Below the pieces are notes generated by a model. The model worked only from the letters and a program-made list of their open reading frames with translations, searched no databases and was not told the origin of the DNA. 64,000 bases of DNA from Porphyromonadaceae bacterium. GTDB taxonomy: Bacteria > Bacteroidota > Bacteroidia > Bacteroidales > UBA12481. A program made the translations under genes and the position numbers. Of the stretch, positions 1 through 9,492 are shown piece by piece (the stretch's first letter is position 1; every line of letters starts with the position of its first letter). Where the stretch lies: NCBI GenBank assembly GCA_007280905.1, contig QYQM01000054.1, positions 22,107-86,106 on the forward strand, read 5' to 3'.

Positions 1-1
1 T

Positions 2-280
2 GGCCCGGCCTATGTTTGTCCGATTACCCTGCCCGCTTATAAAGCCGCCGAAAAGGCTTTTGCAGAAACTTTCGGAAAACGCCCGGTCCCATTCCGCAGC
101 GGCGGCAGCATACCCATTATATCCACTTTCGAAAAAGTACTCGGTGTAAAATCCATCCTGATGGGCTTCGGGCTCGAATCCGACAGCATCCACTCACCCA
201 ATGAAAACTATCCCATTTGGAATTTCCTGAAAGGAATCGAAACTATCACCAGGTTTTATCATCATTATACCGCGGAGTAG
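2..280 (+). CDS. M20-family metallopeptidase (dipeptidase / ArgE-DapE-like), C-terminal 92 aa only; 5' end outside window
   Basis: Frame is open from the window edge to TAG at 278-280. Translation ...FRSGGSIPIISTFEKVLGVKSILMGFGLESDSIHSPNENY... resembles the conserved C-terminal block of M20 dipeptidases. Confidence 0.6.
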   Translation, partial: GPAYVCPITLPAYKAAEKAFAETFGKRPVPFRSGGSIPIISTFEKVLGVKSILMGFGLESDSIHSPNENYPIWNFLKGIETITRFYHHYTAE

Positions 281-304
281 ATAGGTGTCAGATTTCAGGT
301 ATGG

Positions 305-331
305 GGTGTCGGGAAACCGGCGCCTTTTTTT
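305..331 (+). terminator. Rho-independent terminator candidate after the M20 gene
   Basis: Hairpin ggtgtcgg-gaaa-ccggcgcc (8 bp including 2 G-U pairs) followed by T7 run at 325-331. Confidence 0.5.
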
Positions 332-410
332 ATGATTTTTACCCGATGGGCATTGAAAATTTGTCAATTAACTAAAAAAAGTTGATAAATTCTCGGGTAT
401 ACCCCTAAAT

Positions 411-444
411 TTTGTGGGGTATATCGAAAAAAAGTATAATTTTG
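411..444 (+). promoter_or_regulatory. Bacteroidota-type promoter candidate for glnN (-33 TTTG / -7 TAnnTTTG)
   Basis: TTTG at 411-414 and TAATTTTG at 437-444, with 22 nt between them. This would give a leader of about 110 nt. Confidence 0.35.
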
Positions 445-471
445 CAGTGAATTAGATAATAAACCGAAAGT

Positions 472-553
472 CGATAACAGATAACCGATAACTGACAACC
501 CATAACAATCACAACCAGCAATCGATAACCGGTAACTCTCATAACTCATAAAC
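472..553 (+). repeat. Degenerate tandem heptamer array (YGATAAC-like words, about 11 units) in the glnN 5' leader
   Basis: cgataac agataac cgataac tgacaac ccataac aatcaca accagca (at)cgataac cggtaac (tc)tcataac tcataaac. The tract is C/A-rich and ends 10 nt before the ATG at 563. Confidence 0.8.
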
Positions 554-562
554 TCTCCTGCC

Positions 563-2752
563 ATGTCAAACATTCGCGTTGAAGCCGTTAAAGAACTGTT
601 TTCAAGAAAACCATTAGTAGTTGAAGCTCCGGGTGAAAAAGTATCCGACTATTATGGGATACACACCTTTGGATTGGAAACAATGAAGAAGTACCTGCCC
701 ACCGAGGCGTATGAAAATGTTAAGAAAGCTGTCGACACCTGGGGATATATTGACCGGCGGTCAGCAGATTCAGTTGCTGCAGCCATGAAAGCCTGGGCGA
801 TGAGTTTTGGCGTAACCCACTATACGCATTGGTTTCACCCGTTGAATGGTTCGACCGCGGAAAAGCATGATGCTTTTTTTGAACCGACAAAAGACGGAAA
901 AATGTTTGAGCATTTCGGGGGCAAAGAGCTTATTCAGCAGGAGCCGGATGCATCTTCACTGCCCAGCGGCGGAATTCGTAATACTTTTGAAGCTCGCGGA
1001 TATACTGCCTGGGATCCTTCGTCGCCGGCCTTTATCGTCGAAAAGACCCTCTGTATACCAACCGTTTTCGTATCCTATACCGGTGAGGCCCTCGATTTTA
1101 AAACCCCCCTGCTAAAATCATTGTTTGCTCTCGACGAAGCTGCTGTTGATGTTTGCCAGCTATTCGATAAGGATGTTAATAAAGTAATTGCTACCCTGGG
1201 CTGGGAACAGGAATATTTTCTGGTTGACGAAGCCCTTTTTTATGCCCGCCCTGATTTGCTGCTCACTGACCGTACTTTGATGGGCCATGCTTCAGCCCGC
1301 GATCAGCAACTGGCTGACCACTATTTCGGATCGATCCCGGAGCGCGTCAGCGCTTTTATGAGGGATCTTGAATTTGATTGCTTCAAATTGGGTATCCCGG
1401 TAAAGACACGCCATAACGAAGTGGCCCCCAATCAGTTTGAGTGCGCTCCTGTTTTTGAGGAGGCCAACCTGGCCGTTGACCACAACCAACTGCTGATGGA
1501 CATCATGAAAAAGGTCGCCCGTAAACATAATTTCCGCGCACTTTTACACGAGAAACCCTACAAGGGAATCAACGGATCAGGAAAACATAATAACTGGTCG
1601 ATGCTCACCAATACCGGAGTCAATTTACTGGCACCCGGCACCAACCCGAAATCGAACCTCCAATTCCTTACATTCATCGTCAATACCGTTAAAGCGGTTC
1701 ATGATTATGCTGATCTGCTGAGAGCCAGTGTGATGTCGGCCGGCAACGAACATCGCCTCGGAGCTAACGAGGCTCCACCGGCGATCATATCCGTATTTAT
1801 CGGACAGCACCTGACCCGGATACTGCAAGAAATCGAAGACAAGGTACCGGCAGTCGACATGACACCGGATCAAAAAACCGAACTGAAATTAAACATCGGT
1901 AAGATTCCACAGATTTTGCTTGATAATACTGACCGCAACCGGACAAGCCCCTTCGCTTTTACTGGTAACCGTTTTGAGTTCAGAGCAGTCGGTTCATCCA
2001 TGAACTGCGCTGCGCCAATGACCATTTTAAACGCAGCCGTTGCAAACCAGTTGAGGGAATTTAAAGTGGAGGTTGATACCCTGATTGAAAAAGGGGCTAA
2101 AAAAGATGAGGCCATTTTCCGTATTCTCCGGAAATACATCATTCATTCCAAAAAGATTTTCTTTGAAGGCAACGGTTATGGCGAAGAATGGAAACAGGAG
2201 GCCGAACGCCGCGGACTTTCCAACATCAAGGATGCTCCGGAAGCGTTCAAAACCTATATTGATCCGAAAAGCATCGATATGCTCGGACGGCTCAATGTTC
2301 TGTCGGAGAGGGAACTGAATGCCCGATATGATATCCGCTTGGAAATGTTTGCCAAAAAGATACAGATCGAGTCGAGAGTACTGGGCGATCTTGCTGTAAA
2401 CCATATTATTCCTACTGTTATCAAATATCAAAACCGTTTGATCGAGAACGTAAAAGGATTGAAAGATATCCTTCCTGCCAATGAATTTGCTGATGCCGCC
2501 AGCTACCAGCTCAATGCAATCAGGCGGATTTCAAAACACAAGGCTTTGATCCTGGAAATGGTGGAGGAAATGGTTAATGCACGGAGAGAAGCCAACAAAA
2601 TCGAGGATGTCCGCCTCCTTGCCGATGCCTATAGTACTAAGGTTAAACACTTTCTTAATGAGATCAGATACCACATCGATAAACTTGAATTAATCGTGGA
2701 TGACGACCTCTGGCCGCTGCCAAAATACCGCGAGTTGCTCTTTGCCCGCTAA
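563..2752 (+). CDS. glnN: Glutamine synthetase type III
   Basis: 729-aa ORF starting at ATG. Size and sequence (MSNIRVEAVKELF..., ...NEVAPNQFECAPVFEE..., ...HEKPYKGINGSGKHNNWS...) are typical of GSIII of Bacteroidota. Confidence 0.9.
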   Translation: MSNIRVEAVKELFSRKPLVVEAPGEKVSDYYGIHTFGLETMKKYLPTEAYENVKKAVDTWGYIDRRSADSVAAAMKAWAMSFGVTHYTHWFHPLNGSTAEKHDAFFEPTKDGKMFEHFGGKELIQQEPDASSLPSGGIRNTFEARGYTAWDPSSPAFIVEKTLCIPTVFVSYTGEALDFKTPLLKSLFALDEAAVDVCQLFDKDVNKVIATLGWEQEYFLVDEALFYARPDLLLTDRTLMGHASARDQQLADHYFGSIPERVSAFMRDLEFDCFKLGIPVKTRHNEVAPNQFECAPVFEEANLAVDHNQLLMDIMKKVARKHNFRALLHEKPYKGINGSGKHNNWSMLTNTGVNLLAPGTNPKSNLQFLTFIVNTVKAVHDYADLLRASVMSAGNEHRLGANEAPPAIISVFIGQHLTRILQEIEDKVPAVDMTPDQKTELKLNIGKIPQILLDNTDRNRTSPFAFTGNRFEFRAVGSSMNCAAPMTILNAAVANQLREFKVEVDTLIEKGAKKDEAIFRILRKYIIHSKKIFFEGNGYGEEWKQEAERRGLSNIKDAPEAFKTYIDPKSIDMLGRLNVLSERELNARYDIRLEMFAKKIQIESRVLGDLAVNHIIPTVIKYQNRLIENVKGLKDILPANEFADAASYQLNAIRRISKHKALILEMVEEMVNARREANKIEDVRLLADAYSTKVKHFLNEIRYHIDKLELIVDDDLWPLPKYRELLFAR

Positions 2753-2813
2753 ATAGGTTGGATCCAGGCAAATATTGCCTATTTTTGATCGTTATAGTAG
2801 AAAATCTGCTCGT

Positions 2814-4973
2814 ATGAAATTATTTCGTTTTATCGCGGGTTTGACCATGGCCTTTTTGTTGGCTGGACCTGTGATGGGCCAGAAAAGGGATCTTATTATC
2901 CAGGCTGATAAAACCTTCAGCGTTGGTGAATACTTTAAGGCTATTGAGAAGTATAAAAAAGCTTATTCACGCGAGAAGGACCGCCAGAAAAGGATGGCTC
3001 TTACCGTTAAAATCGGTAATTGCTATCGTTTGGTTAATGATACCCGAAAAGCTGAATCCTATTACTCGAGGGTAATCAAACAAAAATCCCCGGATCCCAA
3101 GGTACATCTGTATTATGCTGATATGCTCAAGGAGAATGGCAAGCTGGCCCTGGCTAAAGCAGAGTATGAAGAGTACCTGAAATCGGAGCCGGGTGATCTG
3201 ATGGCACTTATGGCCTATCAGTCATGCGATTCAATCCAGGTTTGGACTAAAAATCCAACCCGCTATCAAGTCGCTAATGTTAAGGATTTTAATACCAAGT
3301 TTAACGATTATAGTCCCTTCTTTGCCTCGAAGGATTACAAGGAACTTTATATCTCCTCATCGCGCGATGGTGCTGCCGGCATTAAAGTTCATGGCGGAAC
3401 CGGGCAGAGTTTTTCGGATATTTTTTATACCAGGCTCGATAATAAGCAGAAGTGGGCGGTTCCGGCTCCTGTCGACAAAACGATCAATAGTATTTATGAC
3501 GATGGAGCCCCGTGGGTATCAGAAGATGGGGGGACCATGTATTTTACACGTTGCCGTTACGATAAACAAACGTCACTCGGATGCCAGATCATGGTAGCAA
3601 AGCGAGCCGGTAACAAATGGGCTGAGCCTACGGTGGTGCCCATTGCCAAGGATTCCGTTGTGATCGCACATCCAAGCCTTACTGCTGACCAACTGACTAT
3701 GTTCTTTGTCAGTGATATGCTCGGCAGCATTGGCGGCAAGGATATCTGGATGGCTAAGAGAGACAAGCCAGATGGTGCATTCGGAGCCCCGGTTAACCTG
3801 GGTCCGGAGATTAATACTCCAAAGGATGAAATGTTTCCGTTCGTACAATCTGATTCGCTGTTTTATTTTTCTTCCAACGGGCATCCCGGTTTGGGTGGCC
3901 TGGATATTTTCAAGGCCCAACTAAACAAGGAGGGAAAGTGGATCATCGAAAACATGAAATCACCGATAAACAGTTCAGCTGATGATTTCGGCATTATTTT
4001 CCAAAAAGAGGAAGAGAGGGGATATTTTACCACCAGCCGGTTTGATCAAAGCAAGGGTGGCGACGAAATCTATTCATTTGTTCTTCCTGAAAAGCGTTTC
4101 AACATGGCCGGGCGAGTGATTAACGAACGCACTACCATGGCTTTGGGAGGTGCTGAGGTTCGTCTGATCGGCAGCGATGGAACCAGCCTTGAATATAAAA
4201 CCGATTCTAGCGGGAACTTTTCATTCAAGCTAAAACCTGAAACCGATTACCTGCTGGTTGCCTTCAAGCGCGGATTCCTGAATGGAAAACTCCGGGAAAC
4301 TACCATGGGACTCGAAGCTAGCCGTGATTTCAATGCCACGCTGGTTTTGGCGCCGTATGAAAAACCGATTGAATTGCCTAACATCCTGTATGACCTGGCA
4401 AAATGGGATCTAAGGCCGGAATCGATGGTTGCACTGGATGCATTGGTTGAAACCCTGGAGGATAACCCGAATATCACGATTGAATTGATGTCGCATACGG
4501 ATGTTAGGCCTTTCCGGGCTATGACAAACCTTGAATTATCGCAGAACCGTGCCCAATCTGTTGTCGACTACCTCATCAGCAAAGGGATTATTTCCGATCG
4601 CCTGAAGGCCAGGGGGTATGGCCCGGATCAGCCTCGGGTAGTGGATTGGAAAATTGCGGTTCAGTATAATTTTCTGAAGGTTAGCGATACCTTGTCGAAA
4701 GTCTTTATTGATAAACTTCCTAACGACCAGGATAAAGAAATTGCCCATCAACTGAATCGCCGGACGGAATTCCGTGTATTGAGGAACGACTATGTGCCGG
4801 GTGGAAAACCAGGCAACGAAATAGATGCCCAGCAGCAAATTCTTATCCGGGGGATGGAAGAGCTTCAACAAGGCCAGAAAAAGCGGATCAAACTTGAGCA
4901 ATTACCAGGTACTAAACCACCTGATAAGCAGGCTGGTGGCGGTAAAACAAAAGCTATCGACAAACTGCCTTAA
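2814..4973 (+). CDS. OmpA-family outer-membrane protein with TPR, PD40/TolB-like repeats and a CarboxypepD_reg-like domain
   Basis: ATG at 2814 gives signal peptide MKLFRFIAGLTMAFLLAGPVMGQ. The C-terminal OmpA domain reads NILYDLAKWDLRPES...ELMSHTD...LSQNRAQSVVDYL...RRTEFRV. The ORF-track start at 2775 is a TTG extension. Confidence 0.8.
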   Translation: MKLFRFIAGLTMAFLLAGPVMGQKRDLIIQADKTFSVGEYFKAIEKYKKAYSREKDRQKRMALTVKIGNCYRLVNDTRKAESYYSRVIKQKSPDPKVHLYYADMLKENGKLALAKAEYEEYLKSEPGDLMALMAYQSCDSIQVWTKNPTRYQVANVKDFNTKFNDYSPFFASKDYKELYISSSRDGAAGIKVHGGTGQSFSDIFYTRLDNKQKWAVPAPVDKTINSIYDDGAPWVSEDGGTMYFTRCRYDKQTSLGCQIMVAKRAGNKWAEPTVVPIAKDSVVIAHPSLTADQLTMFFVSDMLGSIGGKDIWMAKRDKPDGAFGAPVNLGPEINTPKDEMFPFVQSDSLFYFSSNGHPGLGGLDIFKAQLNKEGKWIIENMKSPINSSADDFGIIFQKEEERGYFTTSRFDQSKGGDEIYSFVLPEKRFNMAGRVINERTTMALGGAEVRLIGSDGTSLEYKTDSSGNFSFKLKPETDYLLVAFKRGFLNGKLRETTMGLEASRDFNATLVLAPYEKPIELPNILYDLAKWDLRPESMVALDALVETLEDNPNITIELMSHTDVRPFRAMTNLELSQNRAQSVVDYLISKGIISDRLKARGYGPDQPRVVDWKIAVQYNFLKVSDTLSKVFIDKLPNDQDKEIAHQLNRRTEFRVLRNDYVPGGKPGNEIDAQQQILIRGMEELQQGQKKRIKLEQLPGTKPPDKQAGGGKTKAIDKLP

Positions 4974-4996
4974 TTTTCTTACCTTTGCACCTCGTT

Positions 4997-6166
4997 ATGG
5001 AGCAGGGTAACAGATATTCACAACGCGGTGTATCTTCGGCAAAGGAAGATGTGCACGAAGCGATCCGAAAGCTTGATAAGGGATTGTATCCCAAAGCGTT
5101 TTGCAAAATTATTCCCGATATTCTGACCGGTGATCCCGATTGGTGCTGTATCATGCATGCCGACGGTGCAGGAACGAAATCATCCCTTGCTTACGTCTAT
5201 TGGAAGGAAACCGGCGACCTGTCCGTTTGGAAAGGTATCGCACAGGATGCAGTAATCATGAACATTGATGATTTATTGTGCGTAGGTGCAACCGGCCCAA
5301 TCCTCTTAAGTTCCACTATCGGAAGAAACAAGAACCTGATACCAGGTGAAGTAATCACCGCAGTGATTGAAGGAACCCGGGAAATTGCGGATTTTCTCAC
5401 CGCAAACGGGGTGGAAACCGTTTTCTGCGGCGGAGAAACTGCCGATGTCGGGGACCTGGTTCGGACCGTTATCGTCGACAGCACGGTGACTGCCCGGTTA
5501 AAAAGATCGGAGGTCATTTCCAACGACCGTATCAAGGGAGGCGATGTAATTGTCGGGTTGTCTTCCTCAGGACAAGCTGTGTATGAATCAGGGTATAATG
5601 GCGGCATGGGCAGTAACGGATTAACCTCTGCCCGGCATGATGTTTTTGCTCATTACCTGTCACGGAAATATCCCGAATCCTTCGATCCGCAGTTGCCGGA
5701 TAACCTGGTCTATTCAGGCAAAACGGATTTAACCTCGATGATCGCGGAAACCGGTCTGGATGCCGGTAAACTGGTGCTTTCCCCAACCCGTACATACGCA
5801 CCTGTTGTTAAAGCCATTCTGAATGAATTCAGATCGGTCATTCATGGTATGGTTCATTGTTCAGGCGGGGGACAAACAAAGGTTCTGCATTTTGTTGATA
5901 ATGTTCACGTTGTCAAAAATAACCTGTTCAATCTGCCTCCTTTGTTCCGCTTGATTCAGGAGCAATCAGGCACATCCTGGCAGGAAATGTACAAAGTATT
6001 CAATATGGGACACCGGTTCGAGATTTACCTTCCCGAACGATATGCCCGGGAAATTATTGATATCTCTGAGGGTTTCGGAATCGAAGCTCGCAGAGTCGGT
6101 TTCTGCGAACCTTCCGAAAAACCGCGATTAACCATACATAGCGATTACGGTGACTTTTTTTATTAG
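4997..6166 (+). CDS. AIR synthase-related protein (PurM-like phosphoribosylformylglycinamidine cyclo-ligase family)
   Basis: ATG at 4997. N-terminus MEQGNRYSQRGVSSAKEDVHEAIRKLDKGLYPKAFCKI... and ADGAGTKS match the long PurM-like form I recall from Bacteroidota. Confidence 0.75.
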   Translation: MEQGNRYSQRGVSSAKEDVHEAIRKLDKGLYPKAFCKIIPDILTGDPDWCCIMHADGAGTKSSLAYVYWKETGDLSVWKGIAQDAVIMNIDDLLCVGATGPILLSSTIGRNKNLIPGEVITAVIEGTREIADFLTANGVETVFCGGETADVGDLVRTVIVDSTVTARLKRSEVISNDRIKGGDVIVGLSSSGQAVYESGYNGGMGSNGLTSARHDVFAHYLSRKYPESFDPQLPDNLVYSGKTDLTSMIAETGLDAGKLVLSPTRTYAPVVKAILNEFRSVIHGMVHCSGGGQTKVLHFVDNVHVVKNNLFNLPPLFRLIQEQSGTSWQEMYKVFNMGHRFEIYLPERYAREIIDISEGFGIEARRVGFCEPSEKPRLTIHSDYGDFFY

Positions 6167-6192
6167 GTGCCTCAGAAACCCGGTTTCAAACC

Positions 6193-6220
6193 TGATAACC
6201 GATAACCGTCAACCGATAAT
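6193..6220 (+). repeat. Tandem heptamer array, same word family as 472-553 (4 units)
   Basis: tgataac cgataac cgtcaac cgataat, ending 27 nt upstream of the prfA ATG. Confidence 0.8.
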
Positions 6221-6247
6221 TATTTATTCAATCGTCATTCAAATCCC

Positions 6248-7327
6248 ATGTTGTTAGATAAATTAGCAGGAATAGCAGCTCGTTTCGATGAGGTATCGCG
6301 ACTGATCACAGAACCTGATGTGGTCAATGACATGAAACGGTATATTCAGCTCAATAAAGAATACAAGGAGCTGTCAAAGGTGGTCGCATTCTATAAGGAG
6401 TATAAAAATGTCCTCGAAAATATGGTCTCAGCCAAAAAACTTCTCGAAGTTGAAAAGGATGAAGAGATGCGGGAAATGGCGAAGGAGGAGCTTGATACCC
6501 TGACCCGTCGATGGCAAGAGATGGAGGAAGAGATCAAAGTTCTTCTCCTTCCTGTAGATCCGCAGGATGCCAAAAATGCAATTATCGAGGTACGCGCCGG
6601 AACGGGTGGTGATGAAGCCAGCATATTTGCAGGCGACCTGTTCCGTATGTATTGCAAATTCTGTGATATGAAAAGTTGGAAATACAGTATCAACAGCTTT
6701 ACCGAAGGCACAAACGGGGGGTATAAAGAGGTGATATTTGCCATCACCGGTGAAGGTGTATATGGGTTTATGAAGTATGAATCGGGAGTTCATCGCGTTC
6801 AGCGGGTTCCACAAACGGAAACTCAGGGCCGAATTCATACATCGGCTGCTACGGTAGCTGTTTTGCCGGAAGCTGAAGAATTTGATATTGAGCTTCTTCC
6901 GTCTGACATACGTATTGATACTTACTGCTCATCCGGACCGGGGGGCCAATCAGTAAACACCACCTATTCAGCTGTCCGCCTGACCCATATGCCATCCGGG
7001 GTAGTGGTAACCTGCCAGGATCAGAAATCGCAGATTAAGAATAAGGAGAAAGCGATGATTGAACTCCGGACCCGCCTGTATAACCTGGAATATCAGAAGT
7101 ACATGGATGAAATATCATCCAGAAGGAAAACTATGGTCAGTACCGGTGACCGTTCGGCAAAGATCCGTACCTATAATTATCCGCAGGGCCGCATGACCGA
7201 TCACCGCATTTCCTTAACCATGTATAACCTTCCGGCTATCATGAATGGTGATATTCAGGAAATTATTGATAAATTGCAGATCGCTGAGAATACCGAACGA
7301 CTGAAAACTTCTGACACATCCCGATAA
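6248..7327 (+). CDS. prfA: Peptide chain release factor 1
   Basis: 359 aa. GGQ motif ([12 protein letters not shown]) and RF1-type PxT tripeptide context ([22 protein letters not shown]). Confidence 0.93.
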   Translation: MLLDKLAGIAARFDEVSRLITEPDVVNDMKRYIQLNKEYKELSKVVAFYKEYKNVLENMVSAKKLLEVEKDEEMREMAKEELDTLTRRWQEMEEEIKVLLLPVDPQDAKNAIIEVRAGTGGDEASIFAGDLFRMYCKFCDMKSWKYSINSFTEGTNGGYKEVIFAITGEGVYGFMKYESGVHRVQRVPQTETQGRIHTSAATVAVLPEAEEFDIELLPSDIRIDTYCSSGPGGQSVNTTYSAVRLTHMPSGVVVTCQDQKSQIKNKEKAMIELRTRLYNLEYQKYMDEISSRRKTMVSTGDRSAKIRTYNYPQGRMTDHRISLTMYNLPAIMNGDIQEIIDKLQIAENTERLKTSDTSR

Positions 7328-8133
7328 TGACGTCATCAGAACTGAACCTGGAGATCCGAAAGAAGAAGTCCTTCCTTTGTGTGGGTCTGGATATCGATTT
7401 GGCCCGCATTCCCGCCCATCTGCACAGGGAAGCACATCCTGTTTTTTCGTTTAACCGGGCCATTATCGATGCAACAGCTGATCTGGCAGTAGCCTACAAG
7501 CCAAACCTGGCTTTTTACGAAGCATTGGGGACCGATGGGATCAATCAGCTTGAGATGACAGTCGACTATATCCGGTCGAAAGATCCGAATCTGTTTATTA
7601 TCGCGGATGCCAAACGTGGTGATATCGGCCATACTGCAGAGAAATACGCCAAAGCTTTTTTCTTCCATTATGATTTTGATGCAATTACCCTTTCTCCATA
7701 CATGGGAAAGGATTCAATAGAGCCATTCCTGCAATTTCCTGGCAAGTGGGCCATAATTCTCGCCCTGACTTCCAATCCGGGTGCTTCGGATTTTCAGCTG
7801 TTGAACGTCAATCAGGATCAGCCGCTGTATGAACATGTATTGATGCAGGCAATCACCTGGGGTACAACCGATAATCTGATGTTTGTTGTTGGGGCAACCC
7901 GGTCAGAACATTTCAGGAATATCCGCCGCATTGCACCCGATCACTTTTTGTTGGTACCGGGTATCGGTGCCCAGGGGGGCTCAATGGAAATGGTGATTGA
8001 TAACGGAAAATCCTCCAAAGGAGGTTTGCTCATCAACAATTCCCGTGGTATTCTGTATGCCGGCAGCGGTCTCGATTTTGCTGAAAAAGCCCGGGCAGCA
8101 GCCCATAGAATGCTTGCCGAATTCAGGCTTTAA
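7327..8133 (+). CDS. pyrF: Orotidine 5'-phosphate decarboxylase (long, type 2 form)
   Basis: 268 aa. SFLCVGLDIDL..., ...IIADAKRGDIGHTAEKYA..., ...LLVPGIGAQGG. TAATG overlap with the prfA stop. Confidence 0.88.
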   Translation: MTSSELNLEIRKKKSFLCVGLDIDLARIPAHLHREAHPVFSFNRAIIDATADLAVAYKPNLAFYEALGTDGINQLEMTVDYIRSKDPNLFIIADAKRGDIGHTAEKYAKAFFFHYDFDAITLSPYMGKDSIEPFLQFPGKWAIILALTSNPGASDFQLLNVNQDQPLYEHVLMQAITWGTTDNLMFVVGATRSEHFRNIRRIAPDHFLLVPGIGAQGGSMEMVIDNGKSSKGGLLINNSRGILYAGSGLDFAEKARAAAHRMLAEFRL

Positions 8134-8197
8134 AAAAGTAGCCGGAAAATTTCCACAATGCTTGCGTTTCTGCATCTATATCTGAAAACAAAATCAG

Positions 8198-9469
8198 ATG
8201 CAGGAAGATTTTCTACAGTACCTCTGGAAATACGGATTATTTCCGGCAGATAAATTATTTACACCCGATCATCAGCGCGTTGAAGTAATGACCCCGGGTC
8301 AGCTGAACACTGATGCAGGCCCTGATTTCTTGATGGCACGGATCCGCATCGGCGAGGCTGTTTGGGCAGGCCATGTGGAGATTCATGTGAAAGCCTCCGA
8401 TTGGTACCGGCACAATCACAATGAAGATCCGGCTTATGATCCGGTAGTACTCCATGTTGTTTATGAGGGGGATTGCTCCGTGAAACGAACCAATGGGGAT
8501 ATGGTTCCGATGGTGGTTTTACCGGTTAAGCCTTCGTATCTTGATAATTATCATCAGATACTCTCCACCATTTCACCCGTGCCCTGTGAAACATCCTGGA
8601 AAAAACTTGAAGCCGCAGAAGTTGAAAACTGGATAGTTAATATGGGCATTGAGCGTATGCAAGTGAAATCCAATGAAGTGTTTAACCGATTGGCCCGCAA
8701 CAAAGGCGGATGGGATGAAACCTGGATTCAACTGATTACGAGGTCGTTCGGATTCGGAATTAATCAGAATTCTTTTGACAGGCTCGGTCAATCTATTCCG
8801 TTGGCAGCGATCCGGTCGACCGGTTCAAATCTGTTCCGGCTTGAGGCCATCCTGTATGGGCAATCCGACCTCATTCCTGTGCGAAAGCCTGATCCCTATT
8901 CGCGGGCGCTAATGGTGGAATATGGATTTGTACGCAAAAAGTTTAACCTTGTTCCGCTGAATAATCCCGGATGGAAATTTCTGAGAATGAGGCCGTCTAA
9001 CTTTCCAACAGTCAGGATAGCTCAATTGGCCGCATTCCTGGCCGGAAACCCCGACCGGCTTGAGTCGGTACTTCGTGGATCAGGCACAGAAATGAATCTG
9101 AAATTGGATTACCCGGTATCGGCTTACTGGAAGTTACATTATGATTTCGGAAAGAAATGGTCCGGCCGGTTTACGGGATTTGGCGCCGAGACCATTAACC
9201 TTTTTCTGATTAATGCTGTTTTACCATTTCGTGCCAGCTATGCCAACCGTAATGGTGATACCGGAGCCTGGGAAAAATGGATGGAAATGCTCGAAAGTCT
9301 TCCCGCTGAAAACAACCGGATTACCCGGCTTTGGGCCGGTTATGGATACCGGGTACCGAACGCTTTCTATTCCCAGGCCTTTCTTCATCTGTATACACAT
9401 TATTGCCACAACCGGCAATGCCTGACATGCCACATTGGGCAGTTCCTGATCCGGGGCAAGGGCAGCTGA
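8198..9469 (+). CDS. DUF2851 family protein
   Basis: 423 aa. N-terminus MQEDFLQYLWKYGLF... and C-terminal Cys/His cluster (HYCHNRQCLTCHIG) match my memory of the Bacteroidota DUF2851 family. Confidence 0.6.
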   Translation: MQEDFLQYLWKYGLFPADKLFTPDHQRVEVMTPGQLNTDAGPDFLMARIRIGEAVWAGHVEIHVKASDWYRHNHNEDPAYDPVVLHVVYEGDCSVKRTNGDMVPMVVLPVKPSYLDNYHQILSTISPVPCETSWKKLEAAEVENWIVNMGIERMQVKSNEVFNRLARNKGGWDETWIQLITRSFGFGINQNSFDRLGQSIPLAAIRSTGSNLFRLEAILYGQSDLIPVRKPDPYSRALMVEYGFVRKKFNLVPLNNPGWKFLRMRPSNFPTVRIAQLAAFLAGNPDRLESVLRGSGTEMNLKLDYPVSAYWKLHYDFGKKWSGRFTGFGAETINLFLINAVLPFRASYANRNGDTGAWEKWMEMLESLPAENNRITRLWAGYGYRVPNAFYSQAFLHLYTHYCHNRQCLTCHIGQFLIRGKGS

Positions 9470-9492
9470 GCGATTTTTGTTACCTTTACTTA

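Noticed and set aside
445-562. Glutamine riboswitch (glnA RNA) in the glutamine synthetase leader
   Set aside because: The leader is an unstructured C/A-rich heptamer array without the conserved pseudoknotted glnA-motif sequences.
9331-9492. N-terminal 54-codon extension of the RmlD-like ORF
   Set aside because: It overlaps the 3' end of the DUF2851 gene. The Rossmann motif begins right after the ATG at 9493, and the extension has no signal or domain character.
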